Source: a virus
Lineage: Duplodnaviria; Heunggongvirae; Uroviricota; Caudoviricetes
Direction: 5' to 3' (one strand)
IMG/VR virus record: IMGVR_UViG_3300028833_000055
Coordinates: 32,001 to 96,000 of that record
Length of the DNA stretch: 64,000 nucleotides
Shown: in pieces, positions 47,100-55,110 of the stretch
Layout: every line of letters begins with the position of its first letter
Numbering within the stretch: the first letter of the stretch is position 1
Notes under the pieces: generated by a model
Told to the model about the DNA's origin: nothing
Databases searched by the model: none
Seen by the model: only the letters and a program-made list of their open reading frames with translations
Position numbers and translations under genes: made by a program

Positions 47100-47321
47100 T
47101 TATTCCGTTTCGTTCTGCACAGCGGTCAAATCAGATATAACGCTGTTTATTTCACTCCTCTGTTTCCTATATGCTTCTTCAAGTTCATCTTTTGTGAAAT
47201 CGTCCTTGTTCCATACTTCACGAATAGTCCAGCACCAACCAATTCCAAGAATCCATTCGACTTTTTCAACATAATCTTCTATGAACTTCAGTCCGTTACT
47301 CGATATTTCATTTCTTGTCAT
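47100..47321 (-). CDS. small hypothetical protein
   Basis: Start moved to MTRNE (47321), overlapping the upstream stop. Confidence 0.5.
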   Translation of the reverse strand: MTRNEISSNGLKFIEDYVEKVEWILGIGWCWTIREVWNKDDFTKDELEEAYRKQRSEINSVISDLTAVQNETE

Positions 47322-47583
47322 AAGTCGTATTTTTGAATTTATTACGCCAGAACTTATATACAAGACGATGATACGAAACCCAAGTGGTGTAGTCACAACA
47401 TTTGCAGGTCCATCCTTCACCACCCTGTGAATCGGTGTCAAACTGCTTCATTTCCTTTCCACACACCGGACATATTCCGTTGTTCCACCTCTTGTATTCA
47501 TAATAGGAAGCGATATATGAGATTGCTATCATAATCACAAGTACGATGAGTACCATCGCTAAAAAAATCAAAAATTTAACCAT
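47308..47583 (-). CDS. membrane-anchored zinc-ribbon protein
   Basis: N-terminal hydrophobic helix; CPVC...CKCC. Confidence 0.65.
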   Translation of the reverse strand: MVKFLIFLAMVLIVLVIMIAISYIASYYEYKRWNNGICPVCGKEMKQFDTDSQGGEGWTCKCCDYTTWVSYHRLVYKFWRNKFKNTTYDKK

Positions 47584-47609
47584 ATTAACTATACTTTTCC
47601 AATGTTAAA

Positions 47610-48056
47610 CTATAACAAAACCGTATATCCCATACTTGTAAGAAATTCAATGGATTCTTCTATCTTATCCATTTCTTTCTTTTCTCCCATTCTTTTCTCT
47701 CTTTCTATTTTTGAATCTATCTTTTTCTTCTCCGATTCTATTCTCCTTTCATGTTCTTCGTCGGATTCCATTTCATCCCACACCACATTGATGTCCATAC
47801 ATCCCGGTGTATTCTGCTCCGGATAGTCATCGTTATAGTACGGTTCACAAGAATCAAATTCTATGGCGAAATTCTTGCAGGAATCCTCCCTCCTGTAAAG
47901 TTTTTCCTGAAATTCCTTTTCATACACCTTTACTCTCTCACGAAGTTCATCCAAAAAGGATGTGGACATATATGTCGGGTTGTTTTCAAGATGAAAAAGA
48001 TTTCTTCTTATGTTGTTAAATACAACATCCGGTATTACATTGCCTTTATACTCCAT
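47610..48056 (-). CDS. hypothetical protein
   Basis: Start at MEYKG downstream of a TATCTTTG promoter. Confidence 0.65.
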   Translation of the reverse strand: MEYKGNVIPDVVFNNIRRNLFHLENNPTYMSTSFLDELRERVKVYEKEFQEKLYRREDSCKNFAIEFDSCEPYYNDDYPEQNTPGCMDINVVWDEMESDEEHERRIESEKKKIDSKIEREKRMGEKKEMDKIEESIEFLTSMGYTVLL

Positions 48057-48073
48057 TGCTATCTTGTTTTTTA

Positions 48074-48081
48074 CAAAGATA
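48074..48081 (-). promoter_or_regulatory. Bacteroidota-type -7 element TATCTTTG
   Basis: AAAAAAATAGTATCTTTG identical to the copy at ~23.92 kb. Confidence 0.6.
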
Positions 48082-48390
48082 CTATTTTTTTTCCAAAACA
48101 TCTATATCAGTATAAAGAGGCATCTTTTTCATTTCATATTTTTCAATCACATCAGAATCCACAAACTCTATTTCATTCGTGGTAATCCTATCTACACTCA
48201 TATTCGTCGGTCCCTTGTCAATAAGTCTTCCGAAATACAATGAATTTTCACAATCTGCATCAAAGCGGTTTCCCACTTTGACCTCTACCGTTCCGGAAAA
48301 TTTCACATACCTCTGCAAGTCGATTGAAAAGTATGCCTTTTCCGGATTTAAGGAGTAACATTCTCCCGTCTTTATTTCTTTCCTGTCCAT
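48082..48390 (-). CDS. hypothetical protein
   Basis: 102-aa ORF coupled to the upstream gene. Confidence 0.65.
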   Translation of the reverse strand: MDRKEIKTGECYSLNPEKAYFSIDLQRYVKFSGTVEVKVGNRFDADCENSLYFGRLIDKGPTNMSVDRITTNEIEFVDSDVIEKYEMKKMPLYTDIDVLEKK

Positions 48391-48746
48391 TATAAATTAA
48401 GTTTAGTTTCAAGTTCATCATACAAGGCGTTCTCCATCATCTTGAACATTTTCGTCCTTGAATCCAGAATACGTCTGTCCACAACCATATTGTTATTGTT
48501 ATAAAGTTCCTTGCAGTCGTCACAGACGAAATTCTCAACATCGTTCCGTCTCTTGTCCGTAAATATCTTCTTACCGCAGATGGCACACTCCCATTCTATT
48601 ATGCCTTTGTTCCTCTCATATGTAACACGGTCACATATACAGTTGAACAGAGGGTCAAGAACCAAGTCAAGTTCTTGGTTCTCAATCCTCTGTATTATAG
48701 TTTTCTTGAACTTGTTCAGTTCGAGGTCATCTATTATACCAGACAT
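48390..48746 (-). CDS. zinc-finger protein
   Basis: CAIC...CDDC. Confidence 0.65.
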   Translation of the reverse strand: MSGIIDDLELNKFKKTIIQRIENQELDLVLDPLFNCICDRVTYERNKGIIEWECAICGKKIFTDKRRNDVENFVCDDCKELYNNNNMVVDRRILDSRTKMFKMMENALYDELETKLNL

Positions 48747-49171
48747 TTCAGAATTAAAGTTATAATTCCACCTATCAGTCCGAGTGTCAGGAACGACAAT
48801 ACCAATACACTCTTCACAGTTAGATACTGCTTGTCAAGTCTATACGCCGGTGTGAATACTATAAGATAACCGTGTTCGTAGGTTTCACCGTCATCTTCTT
48901 CAAGGGGCTTGAGTTCATAGGCGAGCAGGTCGATTATATTGTGCTTGACCAGCAACTCCTGTATTTCGTCAAGTTCCTTCCTCAACATAATCTCATCCTC
49001 AACAGTTCCGAGTTCTATATTCACATCCCTGTTTATCACCTTGTACATACGGCCAATCCAGTCCATCTTCAACCCAACCTTCTTGAAATCATCGGCGGTA
49101 TTCTTATAGACCTTCTTTATCTCGTGCCATACTCTACACTCCCTTATAAAATTCACTATCCACATATTCAA
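48734..49171 (-). CDS. hypothetical protein with C-terminal transmembrane helix
   Basis: VLVLSFLTLGLIGGIITLIL tail. Confidence 0.65.
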   Translation of the reverse strand: MNMWIVNFIRECRVWHEIKKVYKNTADDFKKVGLKMDWIGRMYKVINRDVNIELGTVEDEIMLRKELDEIQELLVKHNIIDLLAYELKPLEEDDGETYEHGYLIVFTPAYRLDKQYLTVKSVLVLSFLTLGLIGGIITLILKCLV

Positions 49172-49185
49172 GTCTTTTTTATTAT

Positions 49186-49806
49186 TTATCCCAAGTCATC
49201 GAAGATTATTGGAATACGCCTCTTGAACTCACTTAAAAGGGGAACCGCTATTTCTCTCATCTGAGGATGGGCGGCCTGTGATGTCCTCATAGTGAAGAAA
49301 TGTCTCCACTCTCTCAAGTTCATAGTTATAACGATTTCGGTCTTCAACGAATTTGGAAGCACGCTTCTCGCCTCCTGAGGCGTAGCACCGAGTTCAATCA
49401 GTCTGTTATAGCAGATTTCACTGTGCTTCATAGCACTTCTCCATACTTTGTACTTCTCATCATCCTTGTCCCAGAAGACTGGTTCTATCACTGTGATTTC
49501 ATTTCCGAACTTACCTTTGGAGTAGTTACAGTATCTTGTCGATTCCTGTGTGTAGGCAGCGAGGCGGTGTCTAACTATCTCGTGCGATACACCCCTGTCA
49601 CATATGATACGGACAGTCACCGACTGGTGTTCTATCACCGAAAGGTGTCCTCTTTTGAGTATCATACCAACAAAGTCCTTGCTCGAATCCTCCGTTATCT
49701 TGTCTTCACTCTTGTATGCCGTCCTTCCGGCAAGTTCAATCTGTTTCAGAATATAGTCCTCGTCTATATTCGACTCAATCACGAAATAAGGTTTTATTAT
49801 ATTCAT
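49186..49806 (-). CDS. thyX: flavin-dependent thymidylate synthase
   Basis: GHLSVIEH, RGVSHEIVRHR...QESTRY, NLREWRHF..R....AHPQMR. Confidence 0.95.
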   Translation of the reverse strand: MNIIKPYFVIESNIDEDYILKQIELAGRTAYKSEDKITEDSSKDFVGMILKRGHLSVIEHQSVTVRIICDRGVSHEIVRHRLAAYTQESTRYCNYSKGKFGNEITVIEPVFWDKDDEKYKVWRSAMKHSEICYNRLIELGATPQEARSVLPNSLKTEIVITMNLREWRHFFTMRTSQAAHPQMREIAVPLLSEFKRRIPIIFDDLG

Positions 49807-49821
49807 ATCTAAAAAATTAAA

Positions 49822-50913
49822 TTACTTCTTTATCTTACTCAACCATTGTTCCCATATATTACTTGCGATATGTGCCATCATAACCGGAGGAACTGACATC
49901 CCGCAAACATAACATACACTTTGTCCAAGGAAGTTATAGTCAGAAGGGAATGTGGAAATCTTCTTCAGTTCACTGTCACTGTATAAACGAGGCTGCTCGT
50001 AATGCACATTGGTGTGAATCGCCGAAGTTATGGTCTTTGACACATTCTCCTTATGGTTCAACCTTTCCGAAAAATGTGCCCACTTTCCATTGAGACGGTG
50101 GTTTATTTCACCGAGACTGTTGTCACCGGCAGTCCTTTTCTCCCACAGTTCATATCTTGAAGTACCCTTTTTCAGTTCCTTCCCCGTATAGTCGGAAACT
50201 TCACCGAGTGTTATCGGCTTCTCCTTGAAATCCATATTCAGAATCGGTTCCTTTCCGAACATCATATCAATGTTCGAGACTTGTTCCACGAGGTCTTTCC
50301 TCAGACAAATGAAAAAGACACGCTTTCTTTTCTGGGGGACACCCATATTCTCACCGTTCAAAAGAAACTCCGAAACGGTATATCCGGCGTCATCGAATGA
50401 ATTGTAAATCCGGTTGACATACTTGCTGGCCGAACCTATCAGAATACCTTCGACATTTTCGGCCACAACGACCTTCGGCTGAAGTCTCTTCGCTAGTGAT
50501 ATGAAGTCGAAGAACAAAGTGTCGAGGACTTGTTCCTTCTGTCCTTCCCTGAACTTCTTGCTCTTCCCCCAGTCCTTCTCCCTGTTTCCGAATATGGAAA
50601 ACGAACTGCAAGGCGGACTTCCATCGAGAATATCCAATGAATACAAGTCTTCTGGAAGAGTGTCCATATTCACCATTTCACGGATATCACACATATAGTT
50701 GTATGCGGGATGATTGTTTTCGACATAGAGCCTGTTCATCCTCTCGTCTATCTCGTTACATCCTATCACATCGAATCCGGCGAGCTTGTAACCCATAGTG
50801 GAACCACCTCCACAGGCGAAACAGGAGAACACCTTTCCCTTGTCCTTTGTGAAGGAAGTACCGGAAAAACTCCAGTCGTAAGGAAATTTGTGAATGTCTT
50901 TTTTATTCTCCAT
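49822..50913 (-). CDS. C5-cytosine DNA methyltransferase (complete)
   Basis: FACGGGS, GSPPCSSFS, AENV, PQKRKRVF, GMSVPP. Confidence 0.92.
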   Translation of the reverse strand: MENKKDIHKFPYDWSFSGTSFTKDKGKVFSCFACGGGSTMGYKLAGFDVIGCNEIDERMNRLYVENNHPAYNYMCDIREMVNMDTLPEDLYSLDILDGSPPCSSFSIFGNREKDWGKSKKFREGQKEQVLDTLFFDFISLAKRLQPKVVVAENVEGILIGSASKYVNRIYNSFDDAGYTVSEFLLNGENMGVPQKRKRVFFICLRKDLVEQVSNIDMMFGKEPILNMDFKEKPITLGEVSDYTGKELKKGTSRYELWEKRTAGDNSLGEINHRLNGKWAHFSERLNHKENVSKTITSAIHTNVHYEQPRLYSDSELKKISTFPSDYNFLGQSVCYVCGMSVPPVMMAHIASNIWEQWLSKIKK

Positions 50914-50917
50914 ATTC

Positions 50918-50942
50918 TAAATATAACAAAATATCATAAATA
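50918..50942. promoter_or_regulatory. divergent middle (TTTTGTTATATTTA, -) and late (CATAAATA, +) promoters
   Basis: Motifs at 50918-50931 and 50935-50942. Confidence 0.6.
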
Positions 50943-50960
50943 AGTTATAGTATTTTTCAT

Positions 50961-51527
50961 ATGATACAGAAATTCGACGAATATATCAAATCAAAGACTT
51001 GGAGGGATTTTGAAAAGGAACTTGTTTCAATATCCGTAAACTATATAGACTTTGACGGTAACGAGAAGACTGGTGAAATCATCTGCCACAAATCCATCAA
51101 GAACGATTTGACGGAGATTTTCGACAGACTTTATCGTGAAAAATACCAGATATTCAACATTTCTCCGATTTCAGAGTATGGCAACGACGATAAACTTTCA
51201 ATGGCATCAAACAACACATACTGCTACTGCAAGAGGATAGTCGCAAACTCAAACAGACTTTCAAAGCACTCGATGGGTCTCGCCATCGACATAAACCCCG
51301 TCAACAACCCATGTCTCTATATAGGTGAGGATGGTAACATAGACCGTATTTGTCCGAACACAAGTGACGCCAAGAAAAACATAGAAAGGAAACAGAGTTC
51401 CGAACATCAGATAAACAAATCCAGCATAATATACAAACTCTTCATAGAACACGGATTCAGATGGGGAGGTGAGTTCAAGAACAAAAAGGACTACCATCAT
51501 TTTGAAAAGATAACAGAAAACGAATAG
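50961..51527 (+). CDS. M15-family peptidoglycan peptidase with capsid-targeting-like leader
   Basis: SKHSMGLAIDINP, GFRWGGEF...DYHHFE; N-terminal MIQKFDEYIK. Confidence 0.85.
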   Translation: MIQKFDEYIKSKTWRDFEKELVSISVNYIDFDGNEKTGEIICHKSIKNDLTEIFDRLYREKYQIFNISPISEYGNDDKLSMASNNTYCYCKRIVANSNRLSKHSMGLAIDINPVNNPCLYIGEDGNIDRICPNTSDAKKNIERKQSSEHQINKSSIIYKLFIEHGFRWGGEFKNKKDYHHFEKITENE

Positions 51528-51529
51528 AA

Positions 51530-52129
51530 ATGAAAAACATATTAGATTTTGACGATTATACGAAATCAAATAATTGTGATTGCTGCAACTCCGGCGAAGA
51601 CAAAATGTGTGACATAAACGAACTTGCCGACGGGATATACAAGGCGAGGTTCTACGACTGGATTTTCGAATTAGAGGACGGAAGAAAATACAAGACACAC
51701 TATGGTGTGAGATGTAGTCGGAAATGTTCAAAACTCACTCGTTATGAAGTAAAGAACGGTGAATTTACGGAAATGGACGATGAGTTGAGTGAAGGCAAGG
51801 TGACAAACGGAAACGGAAGGAAAATGATATACAGATTCTGGAAACATTTCCAGAAAAAATGGGACGAATCAAAGTGTGAACTCATATCATATACGGACAA
51901 AACGGCGAGGGTAAGACTTCTTGGATTCGGACCACACAACGAGAAACCCGGAACAATATTGCAGAAAGTATCTCTAAATTCACTTAGACCCGTGGATTCG
52001 GAGGATAAAGAGGAGGCACAGAACACTCCTCCACAAGAGGAGACCGGTTACGGTCCAGCAAGGGATTTGACACCCGAAGAACTAGATGATTTATATAAAA
52101 AAGACGAGGATGACCACTGGTGGATATAA
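51530..52129 (+). CDS. putative internal head protein (leader MKNILDFDDY)
   Basis: Leader nearly identical to that of 61328; late operon. Confidence 0.6.
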   Translation: MKNILDFDDYTKSNNCDCCNSGEDKMCDINELADGIYKARFYDWIFELEDGRKYKTHYGVRCSRKCSKLTRYEVKNGEFTEMDDELSEGKVTNGNGRKMIYRFWKHFQKKWDESKCELISYTDKTARVRLLGFGPHNEKPGTILQKVSLNSLRPVDSEDKEEAQNTPPQEETGYGPARDLTPEELDDLYKKDEDDHWWI

Positions 52130-52130
52130 T

Positions 52131-52164
52131 AAAAAAGGAGAGTTTCAAACTCTCCTTTCTTTTT
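52131..52164. terminator. bidirectional intrinsic terminator
   Basis: AAAAAAGGAGAGTTT/AAACTCTCCTTT inverted repeat between convergent genes. Confidence 0.75.
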
Positions 52165-52513
52165 ATTCTATGAAATATTCTGAAAATTCATCCCAGTCCA
52201 TCTTGATGTTTTTGTACTCCTTCATATCTTCATCGTAATATATGATAGTAAAACCCAAATCTTCATCCGTCTCACCGTTTATATTACTATATGAAAACAC
52301 TCCGACAAATTGGGCTCTCTTTTCGGACAGTTTATCCTTTATGAGTTTTTTCACATCATACTGATGACCATCCTCCTTTTGCAGAGTGAAAACACCTTCG
52401 TCATCTGTATAACCTTCCTTTTCAATCGTAAGTGTTTTGAGATATTTGGACAAATTTTCCTTATAGTTGCTGTAATTCTCCCTTACAAATTCATTGAATT
52501 TCTTAACGCACAT
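52163..52513 (-). CDS. putative internal head protein (leader MCVKKFNEFVRE)
   Basis: CTS-like leader; CATAAATA at 52536-52543. Confidence 0.6.
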   Translation of the reverse strand: MCVKKFNEFVRENYSNYKENLSKYLKTLTIEKEGYTDDEGVFTLQKEDGHQYDVKKLIKDKLSEKRAQFVGVFSYSNINGETDEDLGFTIIYYDEDMKEYKNIKMDWDEFSEYFIE

Positions 52514-52538
52514 AGTTAAATATTTTTATATGATATAT

Positions 52539-53891
52539 TTATGATTTTATTTTCCTTTTCAGTTCATAGAGGTCTTCTAGATACATTTCCTTCGTATCTT
52601 TCCTTGAATACTCGTCTATCTGCTCCTTTTTCACCTTCGTCTTGTTCAGCAGTTCATCATACTTCTCCTTTGTAAGAGAATGAATGGGCATATTCAGAAG
52701 ATAACTGTAACTTCCATCCATCCTGTCGAACTTGTTTTCGTCCAGCCAAGATACGATTTCATCCTTCGGTACATTGTTCACCACAAGTTTCCTGCTTATT
52801 ATCGCCTTTATGAACTTCGCCCTCATAATCATCTCGTTGAGTTCTTCCGTCCATTTTCCAATCAGATAATCCTTCCTCTTCTGGTAGTATCCCATCCTGA
52901 AATCCACGAAATAGACAAGCATATCCTCCACACAGTCGAACACTTTCAGTTTCTCGTTCTCGTCTATCGTGGTGAGGTTTTCCGTAACGGAATCGTTTAT
53001 CTTCAAAAGTTTTTCAAGTTTCTCCTTGTCTGAAATGATTTTATCGAACTCATCCTTCTTGAACTTCAACAGATAGTCGATATTTGACGATGAATTGTTG
53101 TCATAGTCACGGAGTATCTTTCCATCCACAAGAGAGTCAAGATACGCCTCATATTTTTCAAAAGTCATATCCGGCGGAAGTTCCGTGATGTGGATTTCCG
53201 GTTTTGTATTCGAAATCTCATATTTTCCGTGAATATACCATTTCTTCTTGTTGTCTGCATCACGAACCCATTCACCGGAAAATTCCGACAACCAAGGTTT
53301 CAATTCCTTCACCTTCTTTCCCTCGATGTGGTTGATACAGTTGTCGATGACATCCTTCGGATTACGGTTGAGAATATTTGAAGCGAAACCGACAGCGATA
53401 CCGGAAGAACCGTTCAGTATGATTGTCGGTACTATCGGAAGAAAATACTTCGGTTCAATCTCGACACCTTCGTCAATCTGATTCTCGAGTAATTCGAAAT
53501 CCTTGTAAAGGTTTCTGAAATTCTGTGATAATTTTGTTGATATGTAACGGGGAGCACCGGCTTCCGGTGAACGAAGTGTTCCGTATTGTCCGATACCGTC
53601 GAGAAGTGGAAGGGAATTCTTGAAAGTTTGTCCCATACCAGTCACAACTTGGTTGGCGGAAGCGTCACCGTGATGATAGTAAGCGTCGGCAGCCATCTTA
53701 CCGACAAACTGGAACACCTTCATCGGTTTCTCGCTTCCTGTCTTCCATATCTTATCGGCAATGTATACGACCTTTCTTGCAGTAGGTTTCAGACCGTCTA
53801 TCACAGAAGGGATTGCACGGTTCTCAACCACATCCATTGCATATTCCTTTACCTCTGTATTGAGGAAATCTGTTATGTTTTTAGTTCTCAT
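52539..53891 (-). CDS. DNA topoisomerase II breakage-reunion subunit (T4 gp52/GyrA-like)
   Basis: RAIPSVIDGLKP..RK, YHHGDAS, AGAPRYI (catalytic Tyr), NGSSGIAVGF. Confidence 0.95.
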   Translation of the reverse strand: MRTKNITDFLNTEVKEYAMDVVENRAIPSVIDGLKPTARKVVYIADKIWKTGSEKPMKVFQFVGKMAADAYYHHGDASANQVVTGMGQTFKNSLPLLDGIGQYGTLRSPEAGAPRYISTKLSQNFRNLYKDFELLENQIDEGVEIEPKYFLPIVPTIILNGSSGIAVGFASNILNRNPKDVIDNCINHIEGKKVKELKPWLSEFSGEWVRDADNKKKWYIHGKYEISNTKPEIHITELPPDMTFEKYEAYLDSLVDGKILRDYDNNSSSNIDYLLKFKKDEFDKIISDKEKLEKLLKINDSVTENLTTIDENEKLKVFDCVEDMLVYFVDFRMGYYQKRKDYLIGKWTEELNEMIMRAKFIKAIISRKLVVNNVPKDEIVSWLDENKFDRMDGSYSYLLNMPIHSLTKEKYDELLNKTKVKKEQIDEYSRKDTKEMYLEDLYELKRKIKS

Positions 53892-55008
53892 TTAATTTAC
53901 ATTTTAGAGCACTTATACAATCTTCTAATTTTATTGAATAAATCTGTAAGTAATTTAAGTTGTTTTCTTTTGCAGTTTTAATTTTTCTAACATCCAAATT
54001 CGTCCAAACATCTATCGCTTTATCATAATACTTACCATTTTTTGATTTCCATACATTCAATTTCTCAATATCTTCTTTTGAATTTTTATCAAATGGATGT
54101 TTACCGTGTGTCCAAGAACCATTTATTTCAATATATAAATCATATTTTGGTAAATAAAAATCACAAGAAAATGGATAAACATCAGATTTATATTGTCTTA
54201 TATAATCAATATTATTTTTGGTAAGATATTCGGAAAACAACTCTTCTATTTTTGATGTTGAGAATGTTTTTTTATCAACCAATGTATTCAACCTTTTATT
54301 GAATATTTCGTTATTTTGAAGAGCGTTTTCACACCCATATTTTTCTTCCATTATTTGCTTAAATTTATCGGAATGTAAAAATGATTTATTACCATATTTT
54401 TTCAAACAAGTTTCCATTTGTTTTTTCTTAGAAATATCTGATTGTGCATTACTCTCACACCCAAATCTTCTTAAACATGTATCTTTTCTTTTTTGTGTCT
54501 GTTCTTTTGTTTCATACAACCCACCATTGTTTCTTCTTCTTGTTTCTGTCATTTTATCCCTAACTTCTTTTCTCTGTGATGAATTTCTTACACCATATAA
54601 TTTCATATTCGTTTCAAAATTTTTCTGTGGGTTGTTGTAATTTTTATCACCATACCTTTGTTCTTTTGTAATTGTTGATTTTATGTATATATTTTTTCTA
54701 TCTTTCAAATCACATTCCTTTGAACAATATGTAGAATATCCTGTTGAAAAAGAATCAAATTTACATCTATTTCCACAAATGGGACATTTACCAAAAAGTA
54801 AATTCTCATCGTTTTGTAAAAAATGCCACAATAATTGTCTAAATGGTAATTCTTCTTTAAAAGAAACTAATTTAAAATCCAAATATAAAACATGGAATAT
54901 TTTTGAAAATTTAGACTCTCTTACGATAGGATTTTGCTTTGTTGAATATCTCTTCAAATATTCAAAAACTTCTTTTTTAGAAGTAATGTTGATTTCATCA
55001 ATTTCCAT
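53881..55008 (-). CDS. free-standing homing endonuclease, Vsr-like PD-(D/E)xK family
   Basis: CDFYLPKYDLYIEINGSWTHG; CPICG...YCSKEC zinc motif; repeated (K/R)YG..N units; very AT-rich. Confidence 0.8.
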   Translation of the reverse strand: MEIDEINITSKKEVFEYLKRYSTKQNPIVRESKFSKIFHVLYLDFKLVSFKEELPFRQLLWHFLQNDENLLFGKCPICGNRCKFDSFSTGYSTYCSKECDLKDRKNIYIKSTITKEQRYGDKNYNNPQKNFETNMKLYGVRNSSQRKEVRDKMTETRRRNNGGLYETKEQTQKRKDTCLRRFGCESNAQSDISKKKQMETCLKKYGNKSFLHSDKFKQIMEEKYGCENALQNNEIFNKRLNTLVDKKTFSTSKIEELFSEYLTKNNIDYIRQYKSDVYPFSCDFYLPKYDLYIEINGSWTHGKHPFDKNSKEDIEKLNVWKSKNGKYYDKAIDVWTNLDVRKIKTAKENNLNYLQIYSIKLEDCISALKCKLNEN

Positions 55009-55064
55009 AAACACAATTTATTATATATAATTGAATAAAATTTCAATACATCGTTTATTCAATA

Positions 55065-55072
55065 TATTTATG
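55065..55072 (-). promoter_or_regulatory. CATAAATA late promoter of the endonuclease
   Basis: Exact motif in the gap after the topoisomerase ATPase subunit. Confidence 0.55.
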
Positions 55073-55110
55073 AAAAATTCTTGAAGGTCTTTCTGTGGTA
55101 TTGGATAATA

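Noticed and set aside
47308-49171. Holin call for the small membrane proteins
   Set aside because: Single TM helices, not next to either lysin and not under an exact CATAAATA promoter; insufficient evidence.
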